Below, piece after piece: positions 1 to 10,870 of a DNA stretch of 64,000 nucleotides. Source of the stretch: Clostridia bacterium (GTDB lineage Bacteria; Bacillota; Clostridia; UBA1381); contig JAZOTP010000045.1 in assembly GCA_045657705.1 (NCBI GenBank), forward strand, positions 9,539 through 73,538, in the 5' to 3' direction. The notes below the pieces were generated by a model. That model did no database searches, had not been told where the DNA came from, and saw only the letters and a program-made list of their open reading frames with translations. Made by a program: the position numbers and the translations under genes. Every line of letters starts with the position of its first letter. Position 1 is the stretch's first letter.

Positions 1-741
1 ATTAAGTGTACATTTAATCTGGTTGGCTCAAATGTTGAAAATGAATGGGGTTTAACGAAAGATTTTATAAGGGAAAACATTATTGCAAAAGGTCATGAGA
101 TAGCAAATCACGGATATAACCACAGGGGATTGGAAGCAGCACGTCCCATTGAAGGAATTCAGGATACTTTAAATTCAAGACTTACCCTGGAAAGAGAATT
201 TGGTATAATAGTAAGGGGAATGGCATTTCCGGACAAAAGTGTCAATCGTTTTTTAAAACCTAAAACCTATGAAAGGGTTAGAAATTATCTTGAAGAACTT
301 GACGTTGCATATACTCGTTGTACTACGACAAATGAAACCGGTAAATTTGAACTCCCTGAAGATTGGCATAACTGGTATGTGACAGCTCATCATAAAAATC
401 CCAAACTTATGGAATATATAGATGAATTTATTCAACTTGATTTGTCAAAGCTTTATATTTCAAGTCGAAGTCCAAAGATATTTTTCTTGTGGGGACACAG
501 CTTTGAATTTGAGAGAAATCAAAATTGGGAGCTACTTGAAAGTATATGTGAGAAAATATCAGGTAAAGAAGATATTTGGTATGCAACCAATATTGAAATA
601 TATGATTATGTACAGGCATACAATTCGCTTGTTTACAGTGCAGATGGTACAATTGTTTATAATCCGACATTGATAGATGTGTGGTTTGACATTGACGGTC
701 AGTTATATTGTATAAAATCAGGTGAAACTAAGAGGATATAA
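1..741 (+). CDS. polysaccharide deacetylase (CE4/NodB-like) family protein, 5' end cut by window edge
   Basis: Frame 1 is open from base 1 (IKCTFNLVGSNVENEWG...GHEIANHGYNH) and runs into the listed 130..741 ORF. It has a deacetylase-like HxxxH region. Stop at 739-741. Confidence 0.7.
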   Translation: MKCTFNLVGSNVENEWGLTKDFIRENIIAKGHEIANHGYNHRGLEAARPIEGIQDTLNSRLTLEREFGIIVRGMAFPDKSVNRFLKPKTYERVRNYLEELDVAYTRCTTTNETGKFELPEDWHNWYVTAHHKNPKLMEYIDEFIQLDLSKLYISSRSPKIFFLWGHSFEFERNQNWELLESICEKISGKEDIWYATNIEIYDYVQAYNSLVYSADGTIVYNPTLIDVWFDIDGQLYCIKSGETKRI

Positions 742-827
742 CCGGATGTTTTTGAAAAATTGTTAAGCTGTGCATTGATAAGTTATATAATCAATAAAAG
801 TAATTCACGATGAAAAAGGAGAAAAAT

Positions 828-2783
828 ATGCTAAAATTTAAAGAATGGGAAGATGTTATTTCTTCAAACACAAAGGAAAGCTTTGAATGTGAGGTAGTAG
901 GAAGAAAATACATATTTGATAAATCAATATTTCCGACATCTGTTAAAGTTGATTCGCAGGAGATTTTATATGCTCCGATTAAATTGACAGCGATGTTTGG
1001 TGATAAAGAGGGAGTATGGGAAAAACAAAATGTTATTCTGATTGAAAAGAATGAAGAAAAGGCAGTATATTCACTTTCCCAATCATGTGAAAACCTGATT
1101 GTAAATGCTGATATTGTGGTTGAATTTGATGGATTTATCAGAGTCAATTTCAGGCTTATACCTTTCTGGAGCTTCCATGAAGACAATAAGCCGAGACTTA
1201 CAAAATTATATATTGATATTCCCGTAAAAAATGAATACTCAACATTAATGCATTTCTGGCCTAACTGTGACAGTGGTGTCTGCTTGTCAGGTAAGGTGTT
1301 AAACAGCTATGAAACACCAAAGGGAACATCTGATTTCAAATTCAAGCCCTATATGTGGACAGGCTGGGAGTATGGCGGATTAGGAATTTGCTGTGAAAGC
1401 GATAAGGGGTTTGAACTGGACAATCCCCAAAAGTGTACGTCAGTTACAAGAGGAGAAGAATTTACAAATATACATATTTCAATTCTTGACCATACACCGG
1501 ATGACTGGAAAGACAGAGCAGATGAATGGGGGAACAATATAAACCCATTAACATATACTTTAGGTTTTCAGGCAACTCCCGTTAAGCCTTTTAATTATAA
1601 AAATCTTGATAATTGGAGAGCATTTCATTTATATGATGTTCCAAAGTTCCCTATATTTGAAAAGGTCGAGGGTACGGGAGAAACTCTTCTTGAAAAGATT
1701 GCATCAAAGGGAATTAACTGGATAATTCTTCATGAGGACTGGACTGTAATTCAGAATTACGGTATGCCTGAAAATGAAGAAAAATTCAAGACATTTGTAA
1801 AAGACTGTCACAGACTTGGAATTAAGGTGATGGTTTATTTCGGATATGAAGTGTCATCGCTTTATCCTGATTTTAATGAAAAATGTGATAATTATCTGAA
1901 TAAAAATCTTAACGGTAATTTTGTGGGCGGCTGGCAGAGAGAGCCTATGCAAAGAGATTATACTGTTTGCTATGCAGGCGGTTACAGTGATGTTATGATA
2001 GAGCGTGTAAAGCACGTTATGGATGACTTTGGTGTTGACGGAATTTATACAGACGGTACATATGTTCCATGGGAATGTGCAAATGAAGATCATGGTTGCG
2101 GCTATCGTGATAAAAACGGTGAATTAAAATTCAGATATCCTATATTTGCAGTTCGTGAACACGTTAAAAAACTGTACATGGCAGTGCATGAGCGAGGTGG
2201 TGTTATTGATACACATCAAAGCTCTATGTGTCTGATGCCTACCCTGGCTTTTGCGGACAGCTATTTTGACGGTGAAAATATTCAGGGTATGCTCATGAAA
2301 GACATAAGTGCATTAAAAATGGATTCTTTCAGAACTGAATTTATGGGCTTGAATATGGGTATTCCGTGTAACTTTATCTCATATACAAATGAAGGATTTA
2401 CAATGCGTTTGATTGCCGGAATAACATTACATCACAATGTTTATCCGAGACCGAGAGTTTATGAGGATCTTGATTTTTCAGCACACATCTGGAAAATATA
2501 TGATGATTTCAAGTTAACATCAGCAAAATGGCATCCGTATTGGGAGCAGAACAGCATAACAGCAAATACAAATGCATATATAACATATTACGAAAAGGAT
2601 AATGAAATCTTGCTGTTGGTGACATCATTTGACAAGAATGCCGATAAGGTGGAATTAACATTGGACAAAGAATATACAACAGCAATAGATTTATTGGATA
2701 ATGACAAGGAATGCAGACTTGACGGCAATAAGCTGACTTGCGGAATTGATTACTGTAATATAAAAATTATAAGATTGAGATAA
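828..2783 (+). CDS. putative glycoside-hydrolase-like TIM-barrel protein (DUF4091/GH123-like), family uncertain
   Basis: Long ORF. AAGGAG at 816-821 lies 6 nt before the ATG at 828, whereas the ATG at 810 has no RBS. Family assignment is by eye only. Confidence 0.55.
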   Translation: MLKFKEWEDVISSNTKESFECEVVGRKYIFDKSIFPTSVKVDSQEILYAPIKLTAMFGDKEGVWEKQNVILIEKNEEKAVYSLSQSCENLIVNADIVVEFDGFIRVNFRLIPFWSFHEDNKPRLTKLYIDIPVKNEYSTLMHFWPNCDSGVCLSGKVLNSYETPKGTSDFKFKPYMWTGWEYGGLGICCESDKGFELDNPQKCTSVTRGEEFTNIHISILDHTPDDWKDRADEWGNNINPLTYTLGFQATPVKPFNYKNLDNWRAFHLYDVPKFPIFEKVEGTGETLLEKIASKGINWIILHEDWTVIQNYGMPENEEKFKTFVKDCHRLGIKVMVYFGYEVSSLYPDFNEKCDNYLNKNLNGNFVGGWQREPMQRDYTVCYAGGYSDVMIERVKHVMDDFGVDGIYTDGTYVPWECANEDHGCGYRDKNGELKFRYPIFAVREHVKKLYMAVHERGGVIDTHQSSMCLMPTLAFADSYFDGENIQGMLMKDISALKMDSFRTEFMGLNMGIPCNFISYTNEGFTMRLIAGITLHHNVYPRPRVYEDLDFSAHIWKIYDDFKLTSAKWHPYWEQNSITANTNAYITYYEKDNEILLLVTSFDKNADKVELTLDKEYTTAIDLLDNDKECRLDGNKLTCGIDYCNIKIIRLR

Positions 2784-2820
2784 AATTACGGTGAAGAGAG
2801 ATTCTCTTCACCGTAATTTT

Positions 2821-3582
2821 TTAGTTTATTGAATCTACCAGCTCTTTCATTGAATAATAACCCGGCTCTTTTGAAGCTATAAATTTTGCTGCCCTTACTG
2901 CACCTACTGCAAAAACTTCTTTGCTTTGTGCAGAGTGAGAAAGTGTAATTACTTCGTTGTGACCTGCAAAAATTATTTCGTGTTCTCCAACTATTGTTCC
3001 GCCTCTTACTGCGTGAAGTCCGATTTCGGTTTTTGAACGCTGTGTTCTCTTTGAATGTCTGTCATAAACATATTCTGCATTATATGACAGGACATCTGAA
3101 ATTTCATCTGCAATTGCCAGTGCAGTGCCTGAAGGAGCATCAATTTTTTGATTGTGATGTTTTTCGATTATTTCAATATCATAATCATTTTCAAGTAATA
3201 CTGCAGCCTTTTTTGCAAGGTTAATCAAAAGATTGATACCTAAGCTCATATTAGCAGAAAAGAATACAGGGATTTTTTCTGAAAGTTTTTTTAAATTGGT
3301 TTTTTGTTCATCGCTGAGCCCTGTGGTTGAAACGACTATCGGTGTTTTTGTATTTTCAGCATACTTTAATAAATTATCAACAGCACTTGGGTGTGAAAAA
3401 TCTATTATTACATCTGCTTTTTCAGTGCAGGTAAAAATATTTGTAAATACGGGATAGTCATTCTCAAGACTGTCATTTATATCAAATCCGGCAACAATTT
3501 TACAGTCTTTGTCATTTTCAACAAGATTTGTAATTACTCTCCCCATTTTGCCGTTGCAGCCGTTTAAAATTATTTTTATCAT
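2821..3582 (-). CDS. dapB: 4-hydroxy-tetrahydrodipicolinate reductase
   Basis: N-terminal MIKIILNGCNGKMGR Rossmann motif and EKHHNQKIDAPSGTA motif. Last gene of the asd-dapA-dapB operon. Confidence 0.93.
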   Translation of the reverse strand: MIKIILNGCNGKMGRVITNLVENDKDCKIVAGFDINDSLENDYPVFTNIFTCTEKADVIIDFSHPSAVDNLLKYAENTKTPIVVSTTGLSDEQKTNLKKLSEKIPVFFSANMSLGINLLINLAKKAAVLLENDYDIEIIEKHHNQKIDAPSGTALAIADEISDVLSYNAEYVYDRHSKRTQRSKTEIGLHAVRGGTIVGEHEIIFAGHNEVITLSHSAQSKEVFAVGAVRAAKFIASKEPGYYSMKELVDSIN

Positions 3583-3601
3583 TTGAAATGCACCCTTTCA
3601 A

Positions 3602-4495
3602 TCAGATAAGTTTTTTTGCACCGAATGCTTCCAATGCCTCCATAAGAACTTGTAAATTCTTATCATCCATAGGTCCTAACGGAAGTCTTAAATCTCCCAC
3701 CCTGTAGCCTAATGCTTTCATGGCTGATTTAACAGGTACAGGATTAACCTCGATAAATAATTTATTTATCAAATCAAGCATTTCGAGCTGAAGCTTTCTT
3801 GAACCCTCAACGTCGCCGTTTGAATACATTTCACAAATATCGTGAGTTTCATCAGGGAAAATATTTGCAACAACCGATATAACGCCGACGCCGCCTAAGG
3901 ACATAACAGGGACAATCATGTCGTCATTACCTGAATAGATATGTAATTCGGGTACTTCAGCGGCAACCTGTGCAAGATAGCTGATATTTCCACTTGCTTC
4001 TTTAAGTCCTACAATGTTATCAATCTTTGAAAGCTCTTTTAAAACATCAATTGAGAATGTCATACCTGTTCTTGAGGGGACGTTATATAAAATTATAGGG
4101 ATGTTTACAGCCTCAGCAATTGCCCTAAAGTGGGCAATTACACCGCTTTTGTTTGCTTTGTTGTAGTACGGAGTAACCGAAAGGAGCCCGTCTGCGCCTA
4201 ACTGTGCTGCTCTTTTTGAAAGATTTATTGCGTGAGCCGTATCGTTACTTCCTGTTCCTGCAATTACAGGGATTCTGTGATTAACCTGCTTAACTGTATA
4301 TGCAATAGCTGCAAGGTGTTCATCATCAGGCATTGCAGACGCTTCACCTGTAGTTCCACATATAACTATAGCATCAGTTTTATGTGCAATGTGCATTTCA
4401 ATAAGTTCACTTAATGAATCGTAATCTATTTCGTGATTGTCAGTAAAGGGTGTTACAATTGCAACGCCCGAACCGGTAAATGGCAATGTTTTCAT
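3602..4495 (-). CDS. dapA: 4-hydroxy-tetrahydrodipicolinate synthase
   Basis: DapA-like translation (GSGVAIVTPF, GTTGE, GLKEASG). The ATG at 4495 is preceded by AAAGGA with a 9-nt spacer. The track start at 4513 is a TTG with no RBS. Confidence 0.93.
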   Translation of the reverse strand: MKTLPFTGSGVAIVTPFTDNHEIDYDSLSELIEMHIAHKTDAIVICGTTGEASAMPDDEHLAAIAYTVKQVNHRIPVIAGTGSNDTAHAINLSKRAAQLGADGLLSVTPYYNKANKSGVIAHFRAIAEAVNIPIILYNVPSRTGMTFSIDVLKELSKIDNIVGLKEASGNISYLAQVAAEVPELHIYSGNDDMIVPVMSLGGVGVISVVANIFPDETHDICEMYSNGDVEGSRKLQLEMLDLINKLFIEVNPVPVKSAMKALGYRVGDLRLPLGPMDDKNLQVLMEALEAFGAKKLI

Positions 4496-4523
4496 ATTTA
4501 ATTTTCCTTTCAAATTAATTATA

Positions 4524-5606
4524 TTAGTCCATATAACCCTGTGCTGTTAATAATTCTGCCATAAGAACAGCTCCGCCTGCAGCACCTCTTAATGTGTTAT
4601 GTGAAAGACATACAAACTTATAGTCGTACTGTGAATCAGCACGTAATCTTCCGATTGATACAGCCATTCCGCCCTCAAGATTTCTGTCAAGCTTTGTCTG
4701 GGGTCTTGTCGGGTCTTCAAAATAGTTTAAGAACTGCTTTGGAGCGTGAGGTAAATTAAGCTCCTGAGGAACGCCTGAGAAATCCTTCCATGCCTTTAAG
4801 ATTTCTTCTTCTGACGGCTTGTTTTCAAAGCTTACAAATACAGCAGCCATGTGACCGTTTGAAACAGGAACTCTTAAGCACTGTGTTGTGATTGCAGGAC
4901 TTGTTGCATCAACAATTTTGTCGCCGTCAACCTTACCCCAGATTTTTAACGGTTCAACTTCACTCTTTTCTTCCTCTCCGCCGATGTAAGGAATAAGGTT
5001 ATCTACCATCTCAGGCCATGTTTCAAAGGTCTTACCTGCACCGGAGATTGCCTGATATGTTGTTGCAAGACACTTGGTGATACCATACTTCATTAATGGG
5101 TGGAGTGCAGGTACATAGCTCTGAAGTGAACAGTTTGACTTTACAGAGATAAATCCTCTCTTTGTTCCTAAACGCTTTTTCTGTGCTTCAATGATTTTTG
5201 AATGCTCGGGGTTGATTTCCGGAATAATCATTGGGACGTCCGGGGTGTGTCTGTGAGCTGAGTTGTTTGAAACTACAGGACATTCAGCCCTTGCATATGC
5301 TTCTTCAAGTGCTTTGATTTCGTCTTTCTTCATATCAACAGCACAGAACACAAAATCAACCATAGATGCAATCTTTTCAACATCTGCAGTTGCATCCATA
5401 ACAACCATGTCTGCAACGCTTGCTGGAATATCTTCATCCATAGCCCATTTTGCACCCACTGCTTCTGTATATTTTTTGCCTGCACTTCTTGGAGAAGCAG
5501 CCAAAACCTCAATTGTGTACCATGGATGGTCGTGAAGAAGTGTTATAAATCTCTGACCAACCATTCCTGTTGCACCAATAATACCAACCTTGTAATTTTC
5601 TTTCAT
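4524..5606 (-). CDS. asd: aspartate-semialdehyde dehydrogenase
   Basis: GIIGATGMVGQR NAD(P) motif and the SNCSLQ active-site cysteine region. The ATG at 5606 lies 8 nt after AAAGGA, whereas the ATG at 5615 abuts the RBS. Confidence 0.93.
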   Translation of the reverse strand: MKENYKVGIIGATGMVGQRFITLLHDHPWYTIEVLAASPRSAGKKYTEAVGAKWAMDEDIPASVADMVVMDATADVEKIASMVDFVFCAVDMKKDEIKALEEAYARAECPVVSNNSAHRHTPDVPMIIPEINPEHSKIIEAQKKRLGTKRGFISVKSNCSLQSYVPALHPLMKYGITKCLATTYQAISGAGKTFETWPEMVDNLIPYIGGEEEKSEVEPLKIWGKVDGDKIVDATSPAITTQCLRVPVSNGHMAAVFVSFENKPSEEEILKAWKDFSGVPQELNLPHAPKQFLNYFEDPTRPQTKLDRNLEGGMAVSIGRLRADSQYDYKFVCLSHNTLRGAAGGAVLMAELLTAQGYMD

Positions 5607-5649
5607 GTTTAACATCCTTTCGTGTTATAATTAATATATGTTTTTTGTA

Positions 5650-5680
5650 TACAAAAAACAATAGCCCGAAAAGCTATTGC
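5650..5680 (-). terminator. intrinsic terminator forming the expression platform of the lysine riboswitch
   Basis: Minus strand reads CAATAGC-TTTTCGG-GCTATTG followed by TTTTTTG, between the aptamer and the asd start. Confidence 0.75.
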
Positions 5681-5707
5681 TAATTTTACATATGTAAATG
5701 AAAATTT

Positions 5708-5876
5708 GCAGTAGCCCTCCATCATTTGTAATGATGACAGTCGCAATGCTGTTAACATTACAACCAGCAGCAAACCGACGGCACGGTTTACAACTTCGGC
5801 ATCGTCCCCTTTTGTAACAGAATACAGCTGCCGTTGCCTGTCTGAAACTACTATTGGAAAATGCGCCTCTACCTTT
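5708..5876 (-). promoter_or_regulatory. lysine riboswitch (L-box) aptamer
   Basis: Minus strand reads GGTAGAGGCGC...AATAGTAG...GGGGACGATGCCGAAG...GATGGAGGGCTACTGC, matching conserved L-box blocks (AGAGGCGC, GCCGAAG, GGAGxGCTAC). It lies upstream of lysine-pathway genes. Confidence 0.85.
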
Positions 5877-5885
5877 TACAGTATT

Positions 5886-5914
5886 ATATTAACATTATTA
5901 AAGTAAGATGTCAA
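5886..5914 (-). promoter_or_regulatory. sigmaA-type promoter of the L-box/asd-dapA-dapB transcript
   Basis: Minus strand has TTGACA, a 17-nt spacer and TAATAT, just upstream of the aptamer. Confidence 0.6.
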
Positions 5915-6002
5915 TATATTTTAGTGTTATTTTGTCACATTTCAATAAAAAACACAAAAATATTAATAAAAAGACTTGATTTTATATAAATAATGTGATA
6001 TG

Positions 6003-6075
6003 CTATAACAGTTAAATTACAAACGGTCCTCTGCCTTGGTCGGCACGAACGTTTAAGATATGAGAGGAGGGCTTA
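6003..6075 (+). promoter_or_regulatory. possible ribosomal protein L19 leader (autoregulatory hairpin)
   Basis: Hairpin AAACG..CCTCTGCC-TTGGTC-GGCA..CGTTT sits just 5' of the rplS SD. Its CCTC segment could pair with GAGAGGAGG. No covariance check is possible here. Confidence 0.3.
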
Positions 6076-6429
6076 ATGATGAATGCAAATGAAATCATTA
6101 GTGCTTTGACAAAAGACCAAATCAGAACAGATTTACCTGAACTTAAGGTTGGTAATAACGTAAAGGTTTACCAGAAGATAGTTGAAGGAAATCGTACAAG
6201 AACACAGATGTTCGAAGGAACCATTATAAAGGTTCAGGGCGGCGGAATTGCCAAGACTTTCACTGTTAGACGTTTGTCATACGGTGTTGGTGTTGAAAAG
6301 ACATGGCCTGTAAATTCACCTAACATTGAAAAGATTGAAATTTCAAGATTGGGTAAGGTTAGAAGAGCAAGATTGTTCTATCTCCGTGACAGAGTTGGTA
6401 AGGCTGCCAAGGTTAAGGAAAAGATTTAA
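6076..6429 (+). CDS. rplS: 50S ribosomal protein L19
   Basis: L19-like translation ([20 protein letters not shown]...FTVRR). GGAGG lies 5-8 nt upstream. Confidence 0.95.
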   Translation: MMNANEIISALTKDQIRTDLPELKVGNNVKVYQKIVEGNRTRTQMFEGTIIKVQGGGIAKTFTVRRLSYGVGVEKTWPVNSPNIEKIEISRLGKVRRARLFYLRDRVGKAAKVKEKI

Positions 6430-6451
6430 TTTTCCTGTGACATATGAGTTT

Positions 6452-6480
6452 AAAGGGGACAGTTCATGTCCCTTTTTGCT
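6452..6480 (+). terminator. intrinsic terminator after rplS
   Basis: AAAGGGGACA-GTTCA-TGTCCCTTT stem-loop followed by a T run. Confidence 0.8.
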
Positions 6481-6579
6481 TATTATGTTATATTCTGTGA
6501 AAGTTTACTTGTTGATAATAAACTGTTAATAAGTATATAGTATAATAGTAAATAATGTATTTAAAGGAGATATGAAAAA

Positions 6580-7338
6580 ATGAATGATGTGCCTGAAAAT
6601 ATGAATGAAGCAAATCAGGAAAATACAGAAAATGAAGTAATTAAGGGTGCGGCAGAGGGAAGCATTGAAGAAGAAAAGGTCACTGAAGAAAGTGTAACAG
6701 AAGAGGACGAAAAGGATGCATTTTCACTCAAAAAAGAAGTGTTTGAATGGATTTATACAATAGTAATTGCTCTTTTGATTGCATTCTTTATTAAAGGCTT
6801 TATTTTTGATATTGTAAAGGTTGACGGAGATTCGATGTATTCAACCCTCATAAATAATGACAGACTGATTATAACAAAGCTTGGATATCAGCCTGAACAA
6901 CAGGATATAATAATACTTGATTCTTCATATAAAAACAGGGAAGAATATTATGAAATGCTCTCATTGTCAGGTAAGGAATATAATTGGCTACAAAAAACGG
7001 TTAATTATTTCAGCTTGCCGGATAATTTAAAAAGACGTTATTACGTTAAAAGAATAATTGCTCTTCCGGGACAGACTGTTAATATTGTTGACGGTAAGGT
7101 ATTTGTTGATGGTGAGGTTCTTGAAGAAGAATATTATGACGGAATTACAACAATTACAGACCGTTCGGTTGAGTATCCGATAACAGTTGAAGAGGATCAT
7201 GTGTTTGTCATGGGTGATAACCGTCCTCACAGTAAGGACAGCAGATCATCGGATTTGGGTCAGGTACCGTTTGATGCAATATTGGGTAAGGCACAAATCA
7301 GAATATTACCAATAACTTCATTTGGTTTTGTTGAATAA
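6580..7338 (+). CDS. lepB: signal peptidase I
   Basis: Has a TM segment, the catalytic-serine box GDSMYSTL, and GDNRPHSKDSR. Confidence 0.9.
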   Translation: MNDVPENMNEANQENTENEVIKGAAEGSIEEEKVTEESVTEEDEKDAFSLKKEVFEWIYTIVIALLIAFFIKGFIFDIVKVDGDSMYSTLINNDRLIITKLGYQPEQQDIIILDSSYKNREEYYEMLSLSGKEYNWLQKTVNYFSLPDNLKRRYYVKRIIALPGQTVNIVDGKVFVDGEVLEEEYYDGITTITDRSVEYPITVEEDHVFVMGDNRPHSKDSRSSDLGQVPFDAILGKAQIRILPITSFGFVE

Positions 7339-7346
7339 TTACTAAC

Positions 7347-7382
7347 AGGAAACCGTTATTTTTGATTACGGTTTCTTGTTGT
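7347..7382 (+). terminator. intrinsic terminator after lepB
   Basis: GAAACCGT...ACGGTTTC stem followed by TTGTTGT. Confidence 0.7.
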
Positions 7383-7546
7383 ACTTTCAGGAAAAAAACG
7401 AAGGAAAGGTCTGAATAAAATTGTCGGTATTGTCCATTTGGACGGATTTGAGTATAAACATATATGACGTTCGGCTATATGCATAATCTGATTGATTTTT
7501 TCAGCTTTGTTTAGTGTCTGAGACACGGAAAGGAATGGTTATAAAT

Positions 7547-8242
7547 ATGTTTGAAGAATTTAAATTTAAGAGTGAGTTGCACGCACATACAACCCCTGCA
7601 AGCGGATGCAGTCAGATTACACCTGAATATATGGTTGAAGTATATAAGAATAAAGGTTATGACTCTGTTGCAATTACAAATCATTTTTTGTATACGGAAA
7701 ATGAGGATGCGGAAGAAAAGATAAACAAATATCTTGATGATTATTACAAAACTGCCGAACTGGGGGAAAAGGTCGGTTTAAATGTTATTTTGGGTTCTGA
7801 AATACGTTTTTCGGAAAATAATAATGATTATCTTATATATGGTATTTGTCCAGAAGATTTATATGAAATAAACTCATTGCTTGGAGATGGTATTGATAAC
7901 TTTTATAAAAAATACAAAAATAACAGAAATATAATAATCCAGGCACATCCTTTCAGAGACAATATAGTTTTGGCAAATCCTGAAAGTATTGACGGTGTGG
8001 AGGCTTTTAATATGCATCCGGGACATAATTCAAGGATTGGATTTGCTGCTCAATATGCAAAGGAGCACGATTTTATAATTATGACAGGAACTGATTATCA
8101 CCATTTCGGACATGAAGGATTGTGTTCAATTTTAACAAAAGAACCTGTTTGTGATTCATATAAGCTTGCTGAAATTTTAAAATCCGGAGATTATCTGATT
8201 GATATTGGTGGATATAAAGTGTTACCACGTCAACAGATGTAA
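7547..8242 (+). CDS. PHP-domain (histidinol-phosphatase-like) metal-dependent phosphoesterase
   Basis: [14 protein letters not shown]-terminal PHP motif and AHPFR. The start at 7547 is chosen because GGAAAGGAA lies upstream. 7535 and 7514 are alternatives. Confidence 0.75.
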   Translation: MFEEFKFKSELHAHTTPASGCSQITPEYMVEVYKNKGYDSVAITNHFLYTENEDAEEKINKYLDDYYKTAELGEKVGLNVILGSEIRFSENNNDYLIYGICPEDLYEINSLLGDGIDNFYKKYKNNRNIIIQAHPFRDNIVLANPESIDGVEAFNMHPGHNSRIGFAAQYAKEHDFIIMTGTDYHHFGHEGLCSILTKEPVCDSYKLAEILKSGDYLIDIGGYKVLPRQQM

Positions 8243-8249
8243 TATAAAA

Positions 8250-10091
8250 ATGTATACTGAAAGTAAAGAAGAAATTTTAAAAAAATATTTTGGACATTCA
8301 GAATTCAGAAACGGACAGGGAGAAATTATCGATTCAATTCTTTCGGGGAGAGATGCTCTTGGGATTATGCCTACAGGATCGGGAAAATCTATATGTTTTC
8401 AGATACCTGCGCTTATGATGAGGGGAATTACAATTGTAATATCTCCGTTAATATCTCTTATGATAGATCAGGTAAGAGCACTTGTTCATTCGGGAGTCAG
8501 GGCTGCATATCTTAACAGCTCGCTTACATACGGTCAATATATTGAGGCATTAAGGCGTGCGAAGCTTGGTACATATAAAATCATCTATGTTGCACCTGAG
8601 AGATTGTCAACAGAAAGCTTTTTGGATTTTGTCAGAACGGTTGATATTTCGATGATAATTGTTGACGAAGCTCACTGTATTTCTCAATGGGGACATAATT
8701 TCAGACCTGAATACAGAAAAATAAAGGATTTTATCGATTGTTTTGAAAAAAGACCTGTTGTATGTGCATTTACTGCTACTGCAACAAAAGAGGTGAAGAA
8801 AGATATAATCGACATTCTTGAATTGGAAAATCCTTTTGAGATGACAACGGGATTTAACAGGGAAAATTTATATTTTGAGGTTATTGCTTCAAAAGAAAAA
8901 TTTGCAAACTTATATAATATTGTTAAAGATAATGAAGATAAGGCAATAATTGTTTATTGTGCAACTAAAAACCTGGTTGAAGAAGTTTGTGAAAAACTTT
9001 GTGATAAGGGTTTTTCTGCTACAAGATACCATGCAGGACTTGAGGATGAAGAAAGACGCCGGAATCAGGAGGATTTTCAGAACGATTTGAAAATGATAAT
9101 GGTTGCAACAAATGCCTTTGGTATGGGAATAGATAAGTCTAATGTTTCTGTGGTTGTTCATTATAATATGCCGAAAAGCATTGAAGCGTATTATCAGGAA
9201 GCAGGCAGAGCAGGGCGTGACGGAAGCCCGTCGAAATGCATAATGCTTTATTCGCCGCAGGATATACGAATTAATTCTTTTCTTATTGAAAAGACAAAAC
9301 TCGATTCGGAGCTTTCAAAGGCAGAAAATGATTTTATTAAAAACTGTGATATAGCAAGATTAAAAAAAATGATAAGCTATGCCAATACCACCGATTGTCT
9401 GAGACAAAGACTTCTTGATTATTTTGAAGATAAAACAAAAGTGAAATGTGATAACTGCTCAAACTGCAGAAGTATATTTACGAGTGTGGATATTACTGCA
9501 TATGCATCAAAAATTTTTTTATGCGTATCTGAGCTTGAAAAAATAGGCAGAGCTTTTGGAAAAAAGATGATATGTAAAATATTAAGGGGTAACGGCAACG
9601 ATGAAAAAATTATTGGAATGGGAGCAGATGAATTTAAAAGCTTTGCATCGCTTTCGGTTATTTCTGAAAAAAATGTAATGATATATATTGATTCATTAAT
9701 TGAAATGAAATATTTGGTTCAGCTTCCTGAGGTGTATAATGTAATTAATCTGACTAAGCTTGGTGAAGAGGCTTTTAATAATAACCTTAACATTACAATT
9801 AAAATTAAAGAGCAGGAAAAAATTTTGCCTGAGAAAAAGAGCAGAAAAAAGAATTTATCGGATGAAGATATTGATATAAATTTATTTAATCAACTCAAAA
9901 AATGGAGGACGCACCTTGCAAGTAAAATGTGTGTACCGCCGTATGTCATCTTTTCGGATATGTCTTTAAGAGAAATGGCAGACAAATTGCCTGTTACCGA
10001 CGAGGAATTTCTTGCAATTTCAGGTGTGGGTAATTTAAAACTTCAAAAATATGGAAAAGAACTGATGACAATAATAAAACTGTATAAATAA
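8250..10091 (+). CDS. recQ: ATP-dependent DNA helicase RecQ
   Basis: [18 protein letters not shown] (Walker A), DEAH, a zinc-binding CxxC region and a C-terminal HRDC-like domain. The start at 8250 gives the canonical RecQ N-terminus. The track start at 8199 overlaps the PHP gene. Confidence 0.92.
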   Translation: MYTESKEEILKKYFGHSEFRNGQGEIIDSILSGRDALGIMPTGSGKSICFQIPALMMRGITIVISPLISLMIDQVRALVHSGVRAAYLNSSLTYGQYIEALRRAKLGTYKIIYVAPERLSTESFLDFVRTVDISMIIVDEAHCISQWGHNFRPEYRKIKDFIDCFEKRPVVCAFTATATKEVKKDIIDILELENPFEMTTGFNRENLYFEVIASKEKFANLYNIVKDNEDKAIIVYCATKNLVEEVCEKLCDKGFSATRYHAGLEDEERRRNQEDFQNDLKMIMVATNAFGMGIDKSNVSVVVHYNMPKSIEAYYQEAGRAGRDGSPSKCIMLYSPQDIRINSFLIEKTKLDSELSKAENDFIKNCDIARLKKMISYANTTDCLRQRLLDYFEDKTKVKCDNCSNCRSIFTSVDITAYASKIFLCVSELEKIGRAFGKKMICKILRGNGNDEKIIGMGADEFKSFASLSVISEKNVMIYIDSLIEMKYLVQLPEVYNVINLTKLGEEAFNNNLNITIKIKEQEKILPEKKSRKKNLSDEDIDINLFNQLKKWRTHLASKMCVPPYVIFSDMSLREMADKLPVTDEEFLAISGVGNLKLQKYGKELMTIIKLYK

Positions 10092-10111
10092 CAAACAATG
10101 AGGATATAGTT

Positions 10112-10756
10112 ATGAATGAGACAAAATTTATTATTATAAGACATGGGCAAAGCATAGGAAATCTTCAAAGAAAATTTCTCGGACATACCGATTTGGATAT
10201 TACGGAATTGGGATATAAACAGGCTGATGCGGTGGCAGAATATCTGAAAGATGAAAAAATAGATGCTGTTTATTCAAGTGATCTGCAAAGAGCATTTCAT
10301 ACCGTTGAGCCGATTGCAAACAAAAGAGCTTTAAAGGTTATTCCGATGCAAGGTTTAAGAGAAATATTTGCCGGCGACTGGGAAAATGAATATGCTGATG
10401 TTTTAAAAAATGAATTTGAAAAAGATTACAGTATCTGGAAAAATGATATTGGAAATGCACGTTGTACAAACGGTGAAAGTGTATTGGAGCTTCAGCAGAG
10501 GGTACTTGATGAAATTATAAAAATAGCCGAAGAAAACCCGGGAAAAACTGTTTGTATAGGAACTCACGCAACGCCTATAAGAGTTTTAAATGCAGCAGCC
10601 AGAGGCATATCAAAGGATGAAATTAAAGATATTCCATGGGCATCCAATGCATCTGTCACCCGTGTAATATATAAAGACGGCAAATTTGAGATGCTTTCCT
10701 ACAGTGAAGATGAATATCTTGGTGATTTTAGAACTGTTATGTTTAAGGGTGTGTGA
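10112..10756 (+). CDS. histidine phosphatase (phosphoglycerate mutase-like) family protein
   Basis: IIRHGQSIGN catalytic RHG motif and a GTHATP motif. GAGGA RBS. Confidence 0.85.
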   Translation: MNETKFIIIRHGQSIGNLQRKFLGHTDLDITELGYKQADAVAEYLKDEKIDAVYSSDLQRAFHTVEPIANKRALKVIPMQGLREIFAGDWENEYADVLKNEFEKDYSIWKNDIGNARCTNGESVLELQQRVLDEIIKIAEENPGKTVCIGTHATPIRVLNAAARGISKDEIKDIPWASNASVTRVIYKDGKFEMLSYSEDEYLGDFRTVMFKGV

Positions 10757-10793
10757 TTTCAATATATTACCAAACGTTATTTTTCAGAAAATA

Positions 10794-10822
10794 TTGAATT
10801 TTAAATGCCAAAGTGATATAAT
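10794..10822 (+). promoter_or_regulatory. near-consensus sigmaA promoter with no downstream ORF
   Basis: TTGAAT, a 17-nt spacer and TATAAT. The only thing downstream is about 45 nt plus the terminator at 10871-10905. Confidence 0.4.
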
Positions 10823-10870
10823 AAAAGAGTAGGGAATTGAAACTTTCCGAACAATACATATCATGGATAA

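Noticed and set aside
8199-8249. RecQ start at 8199 overlapping the PHP gene
   Set aside because: The extension adds 17 non-conserved residues and overlaps the PHP coding end. The ATG at 8250 yields the canonical RecQ N-terminus.
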